Positions 25,327-37,900 of a stretch of DNA of 64,000 bases are shown here, piece by piece. Below the pieces are notes generated by a model. The model was not told where the DNA came from. It saw only the letters and a list, made by a program, of their open reading frames with translations, and did not search any database. This stretch comes from Pseudovirgaria hyperparasitica (taxonomy: Eukaryota): assembly GCA_010093815.1 (NCBI GenBank), contig ML996569.1; one strand, given 5' to 3'. A program made the translations under genes and the position numbers. Within the stretch, counting starts at the first letter, position 1. Each line of letters begins with the position of its first letter.

Positions 25327-28300
25327 TCATTCCATCTCAACGTCCCCATCCCGATCCAAACCCCTCTCATCATCCCCCTCAAACCCACCACTCCCCGCAC
25401 TCCCATTCCCCTCCTCCTCATCCTCATCCTCATCCCCCCTCTCATCAACCTCCCAACTCTCCAGCTCCTCAAAGCGATCCTTCGCAACCAGCATTCGCCG
25501 AGACGCAAGCACATCGAATGCATACTTGGCCTCGAGATCCGCCACGACGAGGTCCTTTGTGGCCTTGAACCAATGGTCGAGACGAGCTTTGGCGACGAGG
25601 TTGGCGACGAGGCTGTCATCGGCGCGGTTGGCTTGGAGGATGGGCTTGAGAATGGAGGCATCGGAGTTTGCTGGGAAGCGCGGTTCGAGGGCGGCTGGGG
25701 TTGTGTGTGCGCCGAGGGTGGCGGAGGGTTGGATGGGAGGTGTCGGGTGAGAGAGGGTGAATGAAGCTGTGCGTGGATGGTTAGTGTTGGGAGTTTTGTG
25801 ATTGGGGATGGCTGGAAAGTTTGGGGTTAGACGTACCACTGCGTATTGCGCACTCCTTCAGGGTACAATACAACGCCGTGTTGCGCAGCGTGTCGTGGAG
25901 TGCGATATCGCTGGAATCATTCGTCTGATTGATCGTCTGCCAGCCGTCGCGTAGCATCATGCGCTTCCAGATGAGCTTGAGCATTTCGTCGCGCTGCTCG
26001 TCTCTCATGTGCAGACACTGGCTTTCGAGCACCCGTAGCGCGAGGATGAACTGTGTCCGGCCAATCTCGTGCGTCACGTCTTCGTCGGTGTCGTTCATCA
26101 GCGTGAGCACGTCAATCAGGAGATCCATTGTCAGCGCACGGTGGTGGATGAGATGCTCGAAGCCCTGGCGCAGAAGTTGGCGCAGTGCGTCGCGATCATC
26201 GCCCACGAAGACGCAGCCGAACTTCTCCATGCAGCCGTCGAGGGCCGAGTCGTAATCGAGAGCGGAGAGGACTTCGGCACGAACAAACCCGTAGGCCTTT
26301 TCCTGCACTCTGATGAGCTGGAGGTTGCGTTCGGCACTGCGTTGAAGATCTATACTGGACTGTGTGTCTTGCAGGGTAGGGTCTTCTTCAGCGGCGGCAA
26401 TCAGAGTGAGTTTGGCCATGGATGCTTCAACCTTCTTGCACCAGACATTGGGTTCGCGATCGGTGGCACTCGTGAGGGATTTTGATGCTTCAAAGAAGTC
26501 TTTTTCGTTCAGAATATCGTTGATCCAGCTGAGCTTGGCGCGAGTCGGGTCACTGCGGAGGTAATTGGTAAGATACGATTGACCAGAGTAACGGTCGTCC
26601 AGCATGACTGCGGCTTGGCTACTGTGAATGTGCCAGGAATACCAAGCGTTCGCCCAGCCGTCCTTGAATTGAACGAAGTATTCTTGGATGCGCTTATCCA
26701 TCTCCTGTAACTGCTTGGCCGAGCTGATCTTGATCGTCGCGTTACCGTCCCTCAGACTTTCTTTTAGGAAGCTGTATTCCCCACCCACCAGCACGACCAG
26801 AGTTCCCATATCGCGGTACTTCTCAGCCAACTTCATCCCAGCATCAGCCTGTCCGATTTCTTCGAGTTTGCGAATCTGATTAGGTCTAATCTTGGTGAGA
26901 TAGTCTTCCCTTATATCACGACCAGAAGCCTGGTATTTGGGCTCGTCCTGCTCAAGCAGCCAGCTATAACGCTCGGTGTACACTTGACAGCAAAGTCCGA
27001 CAAGCTTTGGATTGTCAAGCGCGATCTTCTGCAGCTGTAAGTCGTCATCGTCTCGAGCATCGTCGGGATCCAGATCTTCCGCAATCTGGCGTGCCACATC
27101 TACCAACTGCCGCGTCGCGTCTGTGATATTATGAGTTGCTGTCCACGGGCAGGGAAGCCCATTGAATCCTGTAGTGAGAATCGCATCTTCCAATGGCTCG
27201 TCTTCAAGCCCATAAGCAGTGACGTTTTCTTCGCGAAAGCTGAATGTAGTGGTAAGTGCTCGGATGAACATGTCGTCAGCTTCGATGATAAGCTGCATCA
27301 CAGACCGATGATCCTTAGAGCCTTCCTTGTAGACGAGCCTTATACAGTTGAACGCCCAGGGGAGAAAGTTTTCGATACCACCGACGTCCTTGATGAACCA
27401 TTGCCGCACCGGGTCCACCTCGCCAGCTTCGGGCTTGAGACTAGTCTTGTATCGGTCGTGTAGTACATCCACCATCTCTCGAAGAAGAGGCCGCTGATTG
27501 ACGTCTTGCTGGATTCGCTCCTCATAGTGCTTCCAGAGACCTTCCGCCGCAGCGACCTTCTCGGCATTCCATAGAAGCGCCCATTTCGTGTTCCTGGATA
27601 GCGGTGGGTAATTCAATCGCAGATGGTCTGCCAGCCCGGACAACGCTTGCGCACGCAGATTCAGATGCTGTTCCATAGAAGGTAGTATTGCAGGTACGTA
27701 TCCAGATGAGGATCTACAGATCTCTTTGCTAACCTGCTCTGCAGCAACTTCGATCTCTCTTTGCGTGAAGGTCGGAATAGACCTCGGTGTGAAGTCAAAT
27801 ATTGCTTCTGGATTCTTTGCAAAAAAGACAGCCTGCTCAATCTTGCTTTTGACTGTGACGACTGGCTTGCTCTTCTCAGGATGCTCAGCTGCCATCCGGA
27901 GAATGCCACTCCCTTGTGCAAAGATGATGCATCTTGCGCTTCTGTCTGAATGCGATGCTTCTTCCGCTCCAAATCCAACAAATTTCACATGGGTTTTCCG
28001 ATTCAGGTACAGAGTATCTTGAAACGGCGGAGTTGGTGCTCCAAAATCTCCCAGCAATTGACTTTCCGCTGTTTGCTTCACTTCCGCAATCGACGCGACG
28101 ACAATCGCCTTGTTAAAGACAATGATGGCCATTGCGCTGGGTGCGGGTAGGAGTAACTGGGCTGACAGAGACTCGGTGACATCCTCTTCGTATGAGTGTA
28201 TTGGTATGAGTCGCTTGATAGAAGACGTGGTCTGAGAAGTAGATCTTGACTTATCAAAGTCTAACTCTACCAGGGCATAGCCACGCTCTGATGGCCCTTG

Positions 28301-29622
28301 AATGGCCACTATGGTCAAGGCGCTGAACAGACGTTGAATGTCATTGGAGTTTTGATCGACCAGTGTTCCGCGACTTCGCTCTACTGATTCGGGGAGCAGT
28401 ACAAAGTCGAGCAAACTGACTTCAGTGTGTTGGCCTTTCAATTCTGGCTCAGCAGAGTCTTTGAGCACGGCAAGCAGATCGTCGTGTACGTTTATATCTG
28501 CGCGAAGAGTGTGCTGCCCAGTCCATCCGATCGTCCACAGCTGAAATGAACCTGCTCTCGTCGCAGCGATTATGTCTGATTGGCCCTTCTCTTGTGTCTT
28601 GCGCTGTCTCACATTCGCGATTTCCTTGCGCCACGAGCTCCCCGAGAATACGTTCTTGAAGCCACTGAAAAGACCACCACCGCCAGTGGCACGAACAAAG
28701 GTAACAGATATGCTAGGCCGGCCCTGGGCGTCTCGGATCGTAAGCTGTGCCAAGCGGCCAGTCGAAAATGTGAGGATGAAGCCGGAAACACCAGCATCGA
28801 TGATATTGAGCGCAGTCTCTCCGCTCAGTAAGCCATTAACAGTGCCTTCTACTCCTTGCCGGCGTTGCTGGAAGAGGCTCAGAGATTCCGCGCTATCCAC
28901 GTTCTCCCAGAAGACAATCTTCCCGGTCCTGGGGTAGACGACAACGAGTCCAAGCTCGTTTGATGGACCCGTCTGTACGAGGGATCCGATCGGAATAGGC
29001 TCTGACTGTTTGAGTATATGCGGCAGATTCAAGGTTCGAGGAGTGGCGCGTTGGTTCGAGGTATAATCGAAAATGAATGCATGGTTATGGGTGAGAGCGA
29101 GCGCATAAGGAGATTTTTGTAGGAGAAAGGCGCGATATGATTCTATGAAATGGTCAGTTAAACCTTCAATTGTCCTCCTGGATACAGCAATTTCATACCT
29201 TCAGGATGATCATGAAGATGGGTAGGTAAGCTGGGTAGCTTTTTGACGGCATAGTTGGCATTCCTTGTCTACAATAAGGTTAGCTGAGGTTTCTGTGTAC
29301 GAGTCTGGAGCGTGCACACCAGAACGATGCTGCCATCGGCCTTTGAGCCGCGCTTTGCAGCGCCTGAAGCTTTCTTCTCTCTCACGGGCATGTCCAAGGA
29401 ATGCGAGACCGCGCGAGGGTGGCCATTCATGGCAGATCCGTTCGTGCCTATGTGACCATTCCCGTTAACTTTCTCGTTACCAGGAGCAGAGAAGAATTCA
29501 TCGGAAAGCTTGCTTCGTTTTCTCTGGTGACGAATGCTGTCAGAGTCGTTGCGCGCGCGGCGCCGGGGGTTTCGAGGCGCCGTGCCATGGATGCTATGAA
29601 TAGTCGAGTCGGGAGAGAACAT
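25327..29622 (-). CDS. NUP133: Nucleoporin Nup133
   Basis: MFSP..RNPRRR..RKRSKL start, YPRTGKIVFWE in the beta-propeller, long helical C-terminus (LAEKYRD, KLSWINDI, WCKKVE.SMAKL). Introns 29269-29319, 29143-29198, 25767-25836. Confidence 0.9.
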
Positions 29623-30160
29623 TATGGGAGATGATAGGAGGATGAACGGCGCGCGGTGAAGATGCGCGTGTTCGATGTCGACGCCTTGTAGCTCAAGGAA
29701 TGTTTGGACGAACGTAGGCGGAGTTTCGCAAACCTTTGATCTAACCTCTCCCAGGTATAGCAGGCACTGGGTGTTTTGTTGTCAAGCGCTAAGCCCGATT
29801 CGCGCATACGACCAAGATTGGAACGGCTGCACGGCATCGGGAAAATACTAGATCTTCGGGATGAAAGAATGGCTTGCAACTACAAGAAGAGTATTTGACT
29901 GTTATGATGGGCGGCTCTAGGCTTCAGCATCATGTGTGTATGCTTATTGTAGTCCTATTGGTATGCAGCTTGTATACAACGGAGACTAATTATCTAGGTA
30001 TATTTTTTAGAGTCTCCCTACACACCCATAGTTACAATCATACAGTAAGTCCTGTTCCGCAGCCAATGCTAAGTCGGTATATGTTCCGCACAACGTCTGC
30101 TACACCAAAAAATGATATCCGAAAGTTACGCCACCATATTCCAACGCCATCCTATACTAT

Positions 30161-31224
30161 CTATAATTGGATGTCGTTGTTTAGCAGACGAACTTCTTCG
30201 CCCGGCTTGAAAGCTGGTAGTCCAATATATGGGCAGCCATCGCACCTGAAAGCGTCACCCAGTGCGCAGTTCCCACAGCTGCCAACCTTTCCTTGCACTG
30301 TGAAGTCAACCTCTGCGAGGTCGTCTGCCTCGAGTTTCATGGCGCCGAGAGCTGTGTCTGCAGCATGGCGCTTTGCGGCATCCTCGGCTTCAAGCTTCTC
30401 TTTCATGCCACAAGTGCAATCTTTACATGCACGGCGTCGCTTGCCTGCCTTGGGTCTGCACTCGGGGGCTGAGACTAGTCAGTGAGGTTCTTCGATGTGA
30501 ATTGGTATGACCTACGCTGTGTCACAGGTCGTGCCTTGTCGGCCTCGGTCAGAAGGTCGTCTTCATCGACCAGGTCATCATCATCCTCCCCCGCAATCAT
30601 GAGGTCCAGGTCATCACTAAAGTCGACGAAGCCTACACCACTTGGGTTTGCAACCTCATCGACCTTTCTCTTCACATTAGATGTGACTGGCACTGCCTCG
30701 CTGATTGCCGTCACAGGTGTCCCATTCGTCTTCTTCTTTCCAAATCGCAGCGGTACCGACGCGCTTGAAGATGTGTCTGGCTTCACCATGCCGTCATTGT
30801 CCTGGCGCACGAGACCAGAGAGAATGGCCTCTGTGTGCTCGGCGGTGTTGCTGGCACCGAAACTGCCATCCTGACTTTTCAGACAGGCTCCAGGCTTCAT
30901 TGTAGCAACAATCTTCTCCATTAGATGTCTATGTAACAGCTTCTGGCTCTCTGCGCGGGTACCATCGGCGTCGGTCAGAAGTAGCACGACGTCGTAGGTA
31001 GAATCGGGGAGCGAGACAAGGCCCATGGCCAGTCGATCGAGCATCTGGAGGTCTGTGACATTGCGATTGTAGTCGGCAAATATTCGATTGAGGGTTTCTG
31101 GATGTGAGGATATGGATGGTGGCGCAAGGAGGAGTGTGCGGGATTGAGAGGAAGAAGTTTTGGAGGAAGGAGGCGGGGTCAAGTCGAGGTCGTCAGTGTT
31201 GTCCAGGGTCACAAAGGGAGCCAT
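30161..31224 (-). CDS. DRE2: Fe-S cluster assembly protein Dre2 (anamorsin)
   Basis: [18 protein letters not shown]-terminal [12 protein letters not shown] and [29 protein letters not shown]. Intron 30469-30515. Confidence 0.95.
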
Positions 31225-31988
31225 AGCTGGCAGTCGTGTATGTATGGCGCGAAGTACGCGAATAATATATAGAGGAAAAAGGTAGACACAGCGTAGAGAC
31301 TGGCTAGAAGGAGGACGTAGAGAGTGAATTCTTGGAGCACCGTTGATAGTAGAGCGACTGCGGAGGCATTGGCCTGGCTGACAAACGGCGGGGACAGCGG
31401 ACAGCGGAGAGGAAGAGACAGCGAAGAAAAGCCGGAGGACGGCCTCGGATCGCGGGCCAGACGACGCCACAGAAGCCACAGAAGTCACGTTTATTAGGCG
31501 ACGGTCACCTCACGCTGTGCTAAAACAGTGTTGGCGCCTCTTCTACCCCGGATTTGGGCATTTCCAGGGGGCCCTGAGTAGTGAGCACTAAGAATACTTG
31601 GAATAATCATAATCAACAGGAAGAAGAATAAAGGCCCTTTTTTGCAGTGGGTCTGAAGTCACGTTTGCAGTCTGGACTGTGGGATGCCTGCATTGGTCGC
31701 ATAACTAATGCATTCCTGCGATATTTAACATTCAACATATGACGTATGACGTATGCTGCTTTCTGATAGCTCTGTTCTCCGATCAGTCATTCATTCGTTT
31801 GATAACGCCTTTCCCGTCAACGCTGTCTAAGAGAGACGGAAAGGCTACATGATGCTGCATCTTCACACGTTTTCATAGAGATGGCCATCTTGCAGGTGAG
31901 CCCGCAATTGATGATGGCTGCAGCCCCGCATTCCTGCACTAGATACCTCTCCCTAATATAGCAGTATACACAACCTTACACCTCCACA

Positions 31989-32021
31989 ATGAAGCTGAAG
32001 CTCAAGCTCAAGCTCGCGTGA
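31989..32021 (+). promoter_or_regulatory. Candidate uORF MKLKLKLKLA* in the STF2-like leader
   Basis: CACA-ATG AAG CTG AAG CTC AAG CTC AAG CTC GCG TGA, just downstream of a TAATATA element (~31954). Whether it is transcribed is unknown. Confidence 0.4.
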
Positions 32022-32476
32022 CCATCGCCTGCGCTGTCGTGCTTCAACCGCCTCATCTCTCACATCATCACATCACTACTGCACTCAGCTCACCTTTTAC
32101 TCCACTTCCACGCAATCCCCTCCACTCCAGATCCACTTCGTCTTCTCACTGCACTGATCAAAACAACAAATGTGATCACGTTTCATCTGCATCTGGCCCA
32201 AGCTGCAAGGTACGCCCCCTCTTCCACTCCGTCAAGCCTCCCCGCTCCTGTGTGATGGTCCACACTCCGATGTCCGCATTCATTGCTCATTGGTCCACAC
32301 CTAAGTCACGAGAGTAGCAGCTGATCGAATCTTGACTTCCCCAATAGCTTCTCCTTCTCACCTCCAATCTCTCTTCTTTCATATATCTTGATCAAGCTTC
32401 CATCTCGACCATCCATCCATCTTGCTTCATCACCAATCTACCAATTGACTCCATCGTCTCTCGCCATTCAACAATC

Positions 32477-33106
32477 AGTAAGTCCTGCTGTCGTCCTTTG
32501 TTTTGGCTGCACAACCCCCCTCCATTCACTCACAGCATTACTTGGACCTTGTCATCATCGTGATAATCATTTATATTGTCCAATTCATCCAATTTACTAC
32601 TTCATCTCCAAGCTGAAGCTGACTCTTTCATCACAGTGACTCGCTCCCACAAAGCAAACGACCGTGACCATGCCGGCATTGCTGACGGTACCGCCGACCA
32701 CGAAGACTGCATGCCCCGCTACTTTGCAAAGTCCGGTCACGCAGACTCCGACCCTAACAAGACCAAGAAGAACGGTGGAGGCAAAGGCAACTGGTAAGCC
32801 AACTTCCCCTGGGTCTCATAGCTTCCCTAACACTGACACAGGGGCCGCGAGGGCGACGAGCTCGAAGACTTCAACTACAATATGACCCACCCACGCCGTC
32901 GCACAAACTCCTCCTCGCATGGTCATGATCTCTCCGCATTCAAGACCAAGTTCGAGACCATTGAGGCTGAGCCTGTCTTTGAGGAAGAACTGCATGGTCC
33001 GACGGCTGAGGACTTGGACGCCCTGGCCCTGGAGAAGGCCACCACTGCCAGCACCTTGGCCAGCACCGGCAGTGTCGAGGAGGAGGATGCTGTCAAGAAG
33101 GATTAG
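32477..33106 (+). CDS. STF2: STF2/TMA10-like small protein (HABP4/PAI-RBP1-type KKNGGGKGNWG motif), ~140 aa
   Basis: join(32477,32637-32793,32842-33106) gives MTRSHKANDRDH..PRYFAKSGH..PNKTKKNGGGKGNWGREGDE..RRRTNSS. The ATG is split A|TG by intron 32478-32636. Confidence 0.82.
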
Positions 33107-33643
33107 GTGAGACGTGGTGGGCGGTGTGACCTCATGGAATGTGCGAAACACCAATGTTGGCCAAGTGCCACTTTATGATTCTACTACTACGTCTTCCACT
33201 ACTACCACACACCATTGCTGTGCGCGAGAGCATGGCATAGTCTGTATAATCTCGCTTTTCACGTAGTCACATGGGTGTAACGGCATCAACAACATGACGG
33301 CGTTTGGGGAGAAAGCTGTGCTTTTACCAAAGTCATCATCTGTTACAATAGCAAATAACGATAACAATGTCAATCAAATGCAACGTCAATAATTGATGTG
33401 CTGTACTATCTGTCATGCTAACAGTAACATTGGTACAAATTCTAACGTATATACTTCAACTCTGCCATACCGAGCAGGTTACATATGAGACAAAGCCAAC
33501 AACATGTGGAACCGCTCCATTCAAACAGACAAAGAAAAAGTTGGCAGCAGTAAGTGTATATAATGCCAAACCTGCCCTGTTCAATCGACTCTCATCCCAA
33601 TTCTCCTCTCTTGTCCCTCCCTTGTTCCTTCCGCCTTCATCCC

Positions 33644-36600
33644 TTATCCCTCTATCCCTCCGTTCCTTCTCCATTCATCCCCAACCCTCCATCCCTCCGT
33701 CCCCGCAACCGGACTCGCCGGTACCGGCGCCGTCACATGCACACAGAACCCCAACCCACCACCCAATGACTCCATCTCCATCTCCTTCCCCTGCTCAACT
33801 TGGGCACCGTCCATTCCTCCTCCTTCTCCCTGTTGTTTACTATCTATTGTGCTCCACGCGCTGCTTAGTCGTGCGGCGTTGAGTGGAGTGTGCGGACTGT
33901 GTGAGGTGGGTGGTTGTGTTTGTGACTGTGTGGATAGAATTGGCAGGGGCGTGGATTGGGATGCGGAGCGGGATGAGGAGGGGGAGTCGATGAAGCGGAG
34001 CCCGGGGCCGATTGTGCTTATTCTTGGGTGTGTTTGTGTGGGTTTGGGGAGGTCTTTCGGGGTGGTTGTCGTGGTGGTGGTGATGGTGGCTATGTTTGTA
34101 GGGACTGTTGTGGCGGTGGTGGTTGTTGGGACTGTGGTTTCGTTGGTGGCTGTGGCGTGTGGCGTGTGTATTGTACAGGGCAGAGTGGTAGGTGTTTGCG
34201 TATGTGCTGAGCAGGGGGTATGTTTAGTCTTGCCATGTTGTTCTTTTTGATTTTCTTTCTGTTTTCGTTTTTGTGTCTGATTGGGTGTATGGTCCTGCGT
34301 TCGCAGCGCGGATCTGGATCTGGATCTGTACTTAGATGTGGATTTGATTATGGGTGTAGATCTAGACGTAGGCGACAGAAATCTTCGAAGCGAGAGTAGT
34401 TTTGTCTTCGGACTGCGGCGGTGTAGTGTGCTGCTGGGGTGGGGTGTGCTGCCGGGTCGAAGTGTGCCATGCACAGGACATGTCGGATTTACCTTCAACC
34501 CCGTCTTCGGCGTGGACGATGACGGTGGGGGAAACATCGAGAGCGTGGATGTAGGACGCGGGCGTTTCTGATTCTGTTTTTGTTTCTGTTTCGTCGTGGT
34601 GCTGTTCGCCATCTCTCCCTCCGCAACCACCCGATCCACCCGGCTCACCACGCCATCCCGCCCCATTCCCACCGACCCAGCCGTCACCAGCGACGGGAGA
34701 GACGGCAGCGACGGCAGCGGCGGTGTCGGAAACTCGGACAGCTTCGCAGAGAGCGCACTCGACGAGTACGAGCTGCGCGACACGCCGCTAGCATTACTCC
34801 ATTTACGGCGCAGCGCGGCGGCAGCGACTTCGCCCTTTCGCTTGATGCTGCTGGGTGTGCGACTTGGTGGCGATGATGATGATTTGCGGGGTTTGGGTTT
34901 GGGTTTCGCTTTAGATATTTTGTCGTTGTTGTTATTGTCGTTTTTGTGCGATTCAGGGGAGGAGGCGGCGCGTTTTATGGCGCGTTCTGTGGCGCAGATA
35001 CCGTCTCGCGCTGACAACCGTCCGTAGGCTTCTGTGAGGACGAACAGTGTGTCGCGGCCGAAGGGTGTAAGTGGTGTGGAGGAGGGGTTTGTGGGTTTGG
35101 GCTGTTGTGCATGGGATTTAGTGGGTGGTGCTTCGGATAGTTCGAGACAGGGTGGTGATGGGTTTGATGGAGCGTGCTGCTTCTCAGATTTCTCCACGGC
35201 GGAGCCTTGTTCGGGGTCGTCGTCATCGTCGTCGGTGTCGGGATCTGTGCCGATGGTGTAGGGATTCGATGGGTGGTTTCCGTGTGAGATTGTTTTGGGA
35301 TCAGTCTTTCGACTACGACGGCGGCGGCGTGCGCGAATGTATAGCACTCGCATGCCAATAAGGATGGTGATGGCGAGTACCGACATCAGGCAGATGACCA
35401 TTATGATGCGCTTTTTGTGCAACATAGCGTCCTTCGTCTTTGCCTGCGTGAGGTGGATCTTGATAATCCTGCGCTCTGTCGTCGAGGGATGCTGAGGCGA
35501 AGTCGCGACAAGCGTGACCTCGATGTCTCCCGTCGCCATATCAAGCGGCACGTCGCCGTACATGATCTTGTTCGCCGGACTGTATGCCAGCCACGCAGTG
35601 GTCCTGGTAGTCTGGAGGGCAATGTTCAGCCCCTGGGCGGCAAACAGCGAGTCGGGAAACGTGTAGCTGAATGCTGTGCCGGGCGTGGCGTCTAATGTCT
35701 GTATGGCGCCTGTAAAGAGAGATGGCACGAATGTCAGGGTAAAGGTTGTGTTGACATATCCGTCATACTTGTCCGAGGCCTCGACGGAGAATGCGAGTGA
35801 CTCGACACCGTCCGGGGAATTTCCGTCAAGACTTCCTGTCTTCGAATCGTACTCTAGCCAGTCTGGTAAGCCATGCGCTGATAGTGAAGAGGTTTGGTCG
35901 ACCTCGACTTGCTTCCCGTCCAACTGCAGCATGCTCCCGATGCTGTCGAAGTGAACAGCATCACCCGTTTTCAGCGTAATATTCGGACTCACAGGCGAGA
36001 ACGCGAGTTTGTGCTCGCTTAGGACAAACGTGAACGGAAGCTCCGCGCTGGCGAAGCCGTCCATGTCTGATGCCACTACCCTTATATCAAACAGCTGAGA
36101 TGCATTTTCTAGACGAGGTGCTTGGCCGGAGAACGTCAGGTTATCGGGATTGAAGTTCAACCAGCTAGGAAGAGGTAGTCCATCATCGTTCGTAGCCGCG
36201 TACGAGAGATTGTTCCATTCTGAGCCAAACGTATCGTCTGCGAGCTCGACCAGGACTGCGGAGTCGGGGGCAATCAAGACGGTAGTGGATCCAGTGCGAT
36301 CATTTCCTTCTACCATGACATCCACAAGATCCCCTTTGACATCAGGTCCACGATAATCAACAACGCGCAGACTGCAGTTCATTGTCACCTGGTTAGCCCC
36401 CTTTGAAGCCACGATGCTGAAAGAACTCGATCCAACATCCTCTTCCGCCGGTTTACCCTCCAAAACGAGAGATGTAGAATTGAGTGACAGCCATGATGGA
36501 CCATTGTCGAGTGCGAGCTGGAAGTCGGCCGCGTCGGGCAGCGGGCCAAACGTGTGTGGAGACAGCTCATAGCTATATACTTGACCGGCGCGTCCTACGG

Positions 36601-36685
36601 GGGGATATTGGGAATTGAACGGCAATGAAACGTACGGCACCGCAGATGCAGCGGCGAGAAATGCAAAGAGAAATATTATTAACAT
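33644..36685 (-). CDS. AXL2: Axl2/Bud10-like type I membrane protein with ~4 cadherin-like (CADG/He_PIG) repeats
   Basis: Signal peptide, PFNSQYPPVGR, PSWLSL, LPSWLNF, LPDWLEYD, WLAY repeats; TM IIMVICLMSVLAITILIG followed by RARRRRR; long low-complexity tail. Orthology to AXL2 itself is unverified. Confidence 0.75.
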   Translation of the reverse strand: MLIIFLFAFLAAASAVPYVSLPFNSQYPPVGRAGQVYSYELSPHTFGPLPDAADFQLALDNGPSWLSLNSTSLVLEGKPAEEDVGSSSFSIVASKGANQVTMNCSLRVVDYRGPDVKGDLVDVMVEGNDRTGSTTVLIAPDSAVLVELADDTFGSEWNNLSYAATNDDGLPLPSWLNFNPDNLTFSGQAPRLENASQLFDIRVVASDMDGFASAELPFTFVLSEHKLAFSPVSPNITLKTGDAVHFDSIGSMLQLDGKQVEVDQTSSLSAHGLPDWLEYDSKTGSLDGNSPDGVESLAFSVEASDKYDGYVNTTFTLTFVPSLFTGAIQTLDATPGTAFSYTFPDSLFAAQGLNIALQTTRTTAWLAYSPANKIMYGDVPLDMATGDIEVTLVATSPQHPSTTERRIIKIHLTQAKTKDAMLHKKRIIMVICLMSVLAITILIGMRVLYIRARRRRRSRKTDPKTISHGNHPSNPYTIGTDPDTDDDDDDPEQGSAVEKSEKQHAPSNPSPPCLELSEAPPTKSHAQQPKPTNPSSTPLTPFGRDTLFVLTEAYGRLSARDGICATERAIKRAASSPESHKNDNNNNDKISKAKPKPKPRKSSSSPPSRTPSSIKRKGEVAAAALRRKWSNASGVSRSSYSSSALSAKLSEFPTPPLPSLPSLPSLVTAGSVGMGRDGVVSRVDRVVAEGEMANSTTTKQKQKQNQKRPRPTSTLSMFPPPSSSTPKTGLKVNPTCPVHGTLRPGSTPHPSSTLHRRSPKTKLLSLRRFLSPTSRSTPIIKSTSKYRSRSRSALRTQDHTPNQTQKRKQKENQKEQHGKTKHTPCSAHTQTPTTLPCTIHTPHATATNETTVPTTTTATTVPTNIATITTTTTTTPKDLPKPTQTHPRISTIGPGLRFIDSPSSSRSASQSTPLPILSTQSQTQPPTSHSPHTPLNAARLSSAWSTIDSKQQGEGGGMDGAQVEQGKEMEMESLGGGLGFCVHVTAPVPASPVAGTEGWRVGDEWRRNGGIEG

Positions 36686-37900
36686 GGCGCCTGTCCGCCG
36701 TGATGAGCTTGCGAGAGCTATTCATTCCTTAGGAGGGAGGTACTGACCAGTATATATCAAAAGAATGCTCGATAACCCTTCCAAGATCTGAAGATCTGCA
36801 AACGGATACAAAGGAATGTGTGGCTCATTAGGTGAGCTTGGCCATTTCCAAAAACGGACGGAATTGTCAGAAGAAGGGGGTAAACACAGATTATATCACG
36901 CGCAGCTCAAGGGAAAAGAGAACATCTTGAGTGCCCAGTCGCGATACCTAGCGATCTACATACCCAGGTATATAAGAAACCTCTGCATTATGCAAACTAA
37001 AGATCGACATAGCGTGCAACCAAGGGCGGGAGCGGCACGTCAAGCCACCAAGAATGTCAACGGCCATAGACTGCAAGGAGAAAGTTTCTCTAGAAAAGAC
37101 AAGAACGACAGGGTTGAAGTAAGATTCGGACGGGTCTGGAACAAGCATATACTGCTGGAAAGTCCGCAATGAGAAGATGATGGGGAGCACATTGGGTTGA
37201 CATAGAAAAGTGACGTATCGCCTAGGTCGGTCGAGTGCACCTTCATTCCCAAGTATTTGAGGGAGCAATGTGTGATGTGATGGTCAGTGTTTGACTGTAG
37301 CGACAGGATCGGTCTGATTGCCGTCATCGTGCAGAGCAGAGTGAATCGGCGAGTCGTTAGTGGTCCTGTACAGGGCGGGATCAGCCTTACATTGAAGAGC
37401 CTCACCCTCAAGCATCCTCATCCCAGAGTGACGACAGGTACCACAGGGGTTGAGAGGTCGTCATCAGAATCCGCTACTGCTAGTCGCTCTCATGTCCCAG
37501 TAGAGGTGGGTGGCAGGAAATAGATAGATTTCAACAAGCTTCTTCGGGACTATTTCAGAAGATCGTTCTACCTCCTTGCCTTCTTCTTTGCCCAACAAAC
37601 ACATCCCTTGCCTGGCCAAAACATATGACCTCGCGGCACAGCAGAAGCGCTGTCAGTCGCTTGTCGAGCGTTGTCAAGCATTGTCTAAGCAATGACAAAC
37701 GACTCAGAGGAACGAAATTACGAGTGCCGGTGGGATATGAGATACCGGGCACGTCCCAAGGTATATGTGATGTTTGTTGTCATGAAGAATAGGATGAAGA
37801 AATGAATACAGGGTCGCAGGGCAAGTATTTGTGCGCCTCGCTTGGTCCACTCACTTCCCCCACCCACGCCACACGCCACACCCTCCACCCAACAACAACC

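Noticed and set aside
30475..31488. N-terminal extensions in the ORF track for DRE2 (also CIA1, thioesterase, HET)
   Set aside because: They rely on GTG/TTG starts or lack family similarity; conserved sequence begins at downstream ATGs.
32232..32625. Box C/D snoRNA candidates in the two long STF2 leader introns (GTGATGG..CTGA; GTGATAA..CTGA)
   Set aside because: C boxes are imperfect, no rRNA-complementary guide was recognised, and CTGA may be branch-point sequence; needs snoscan/Rfam.
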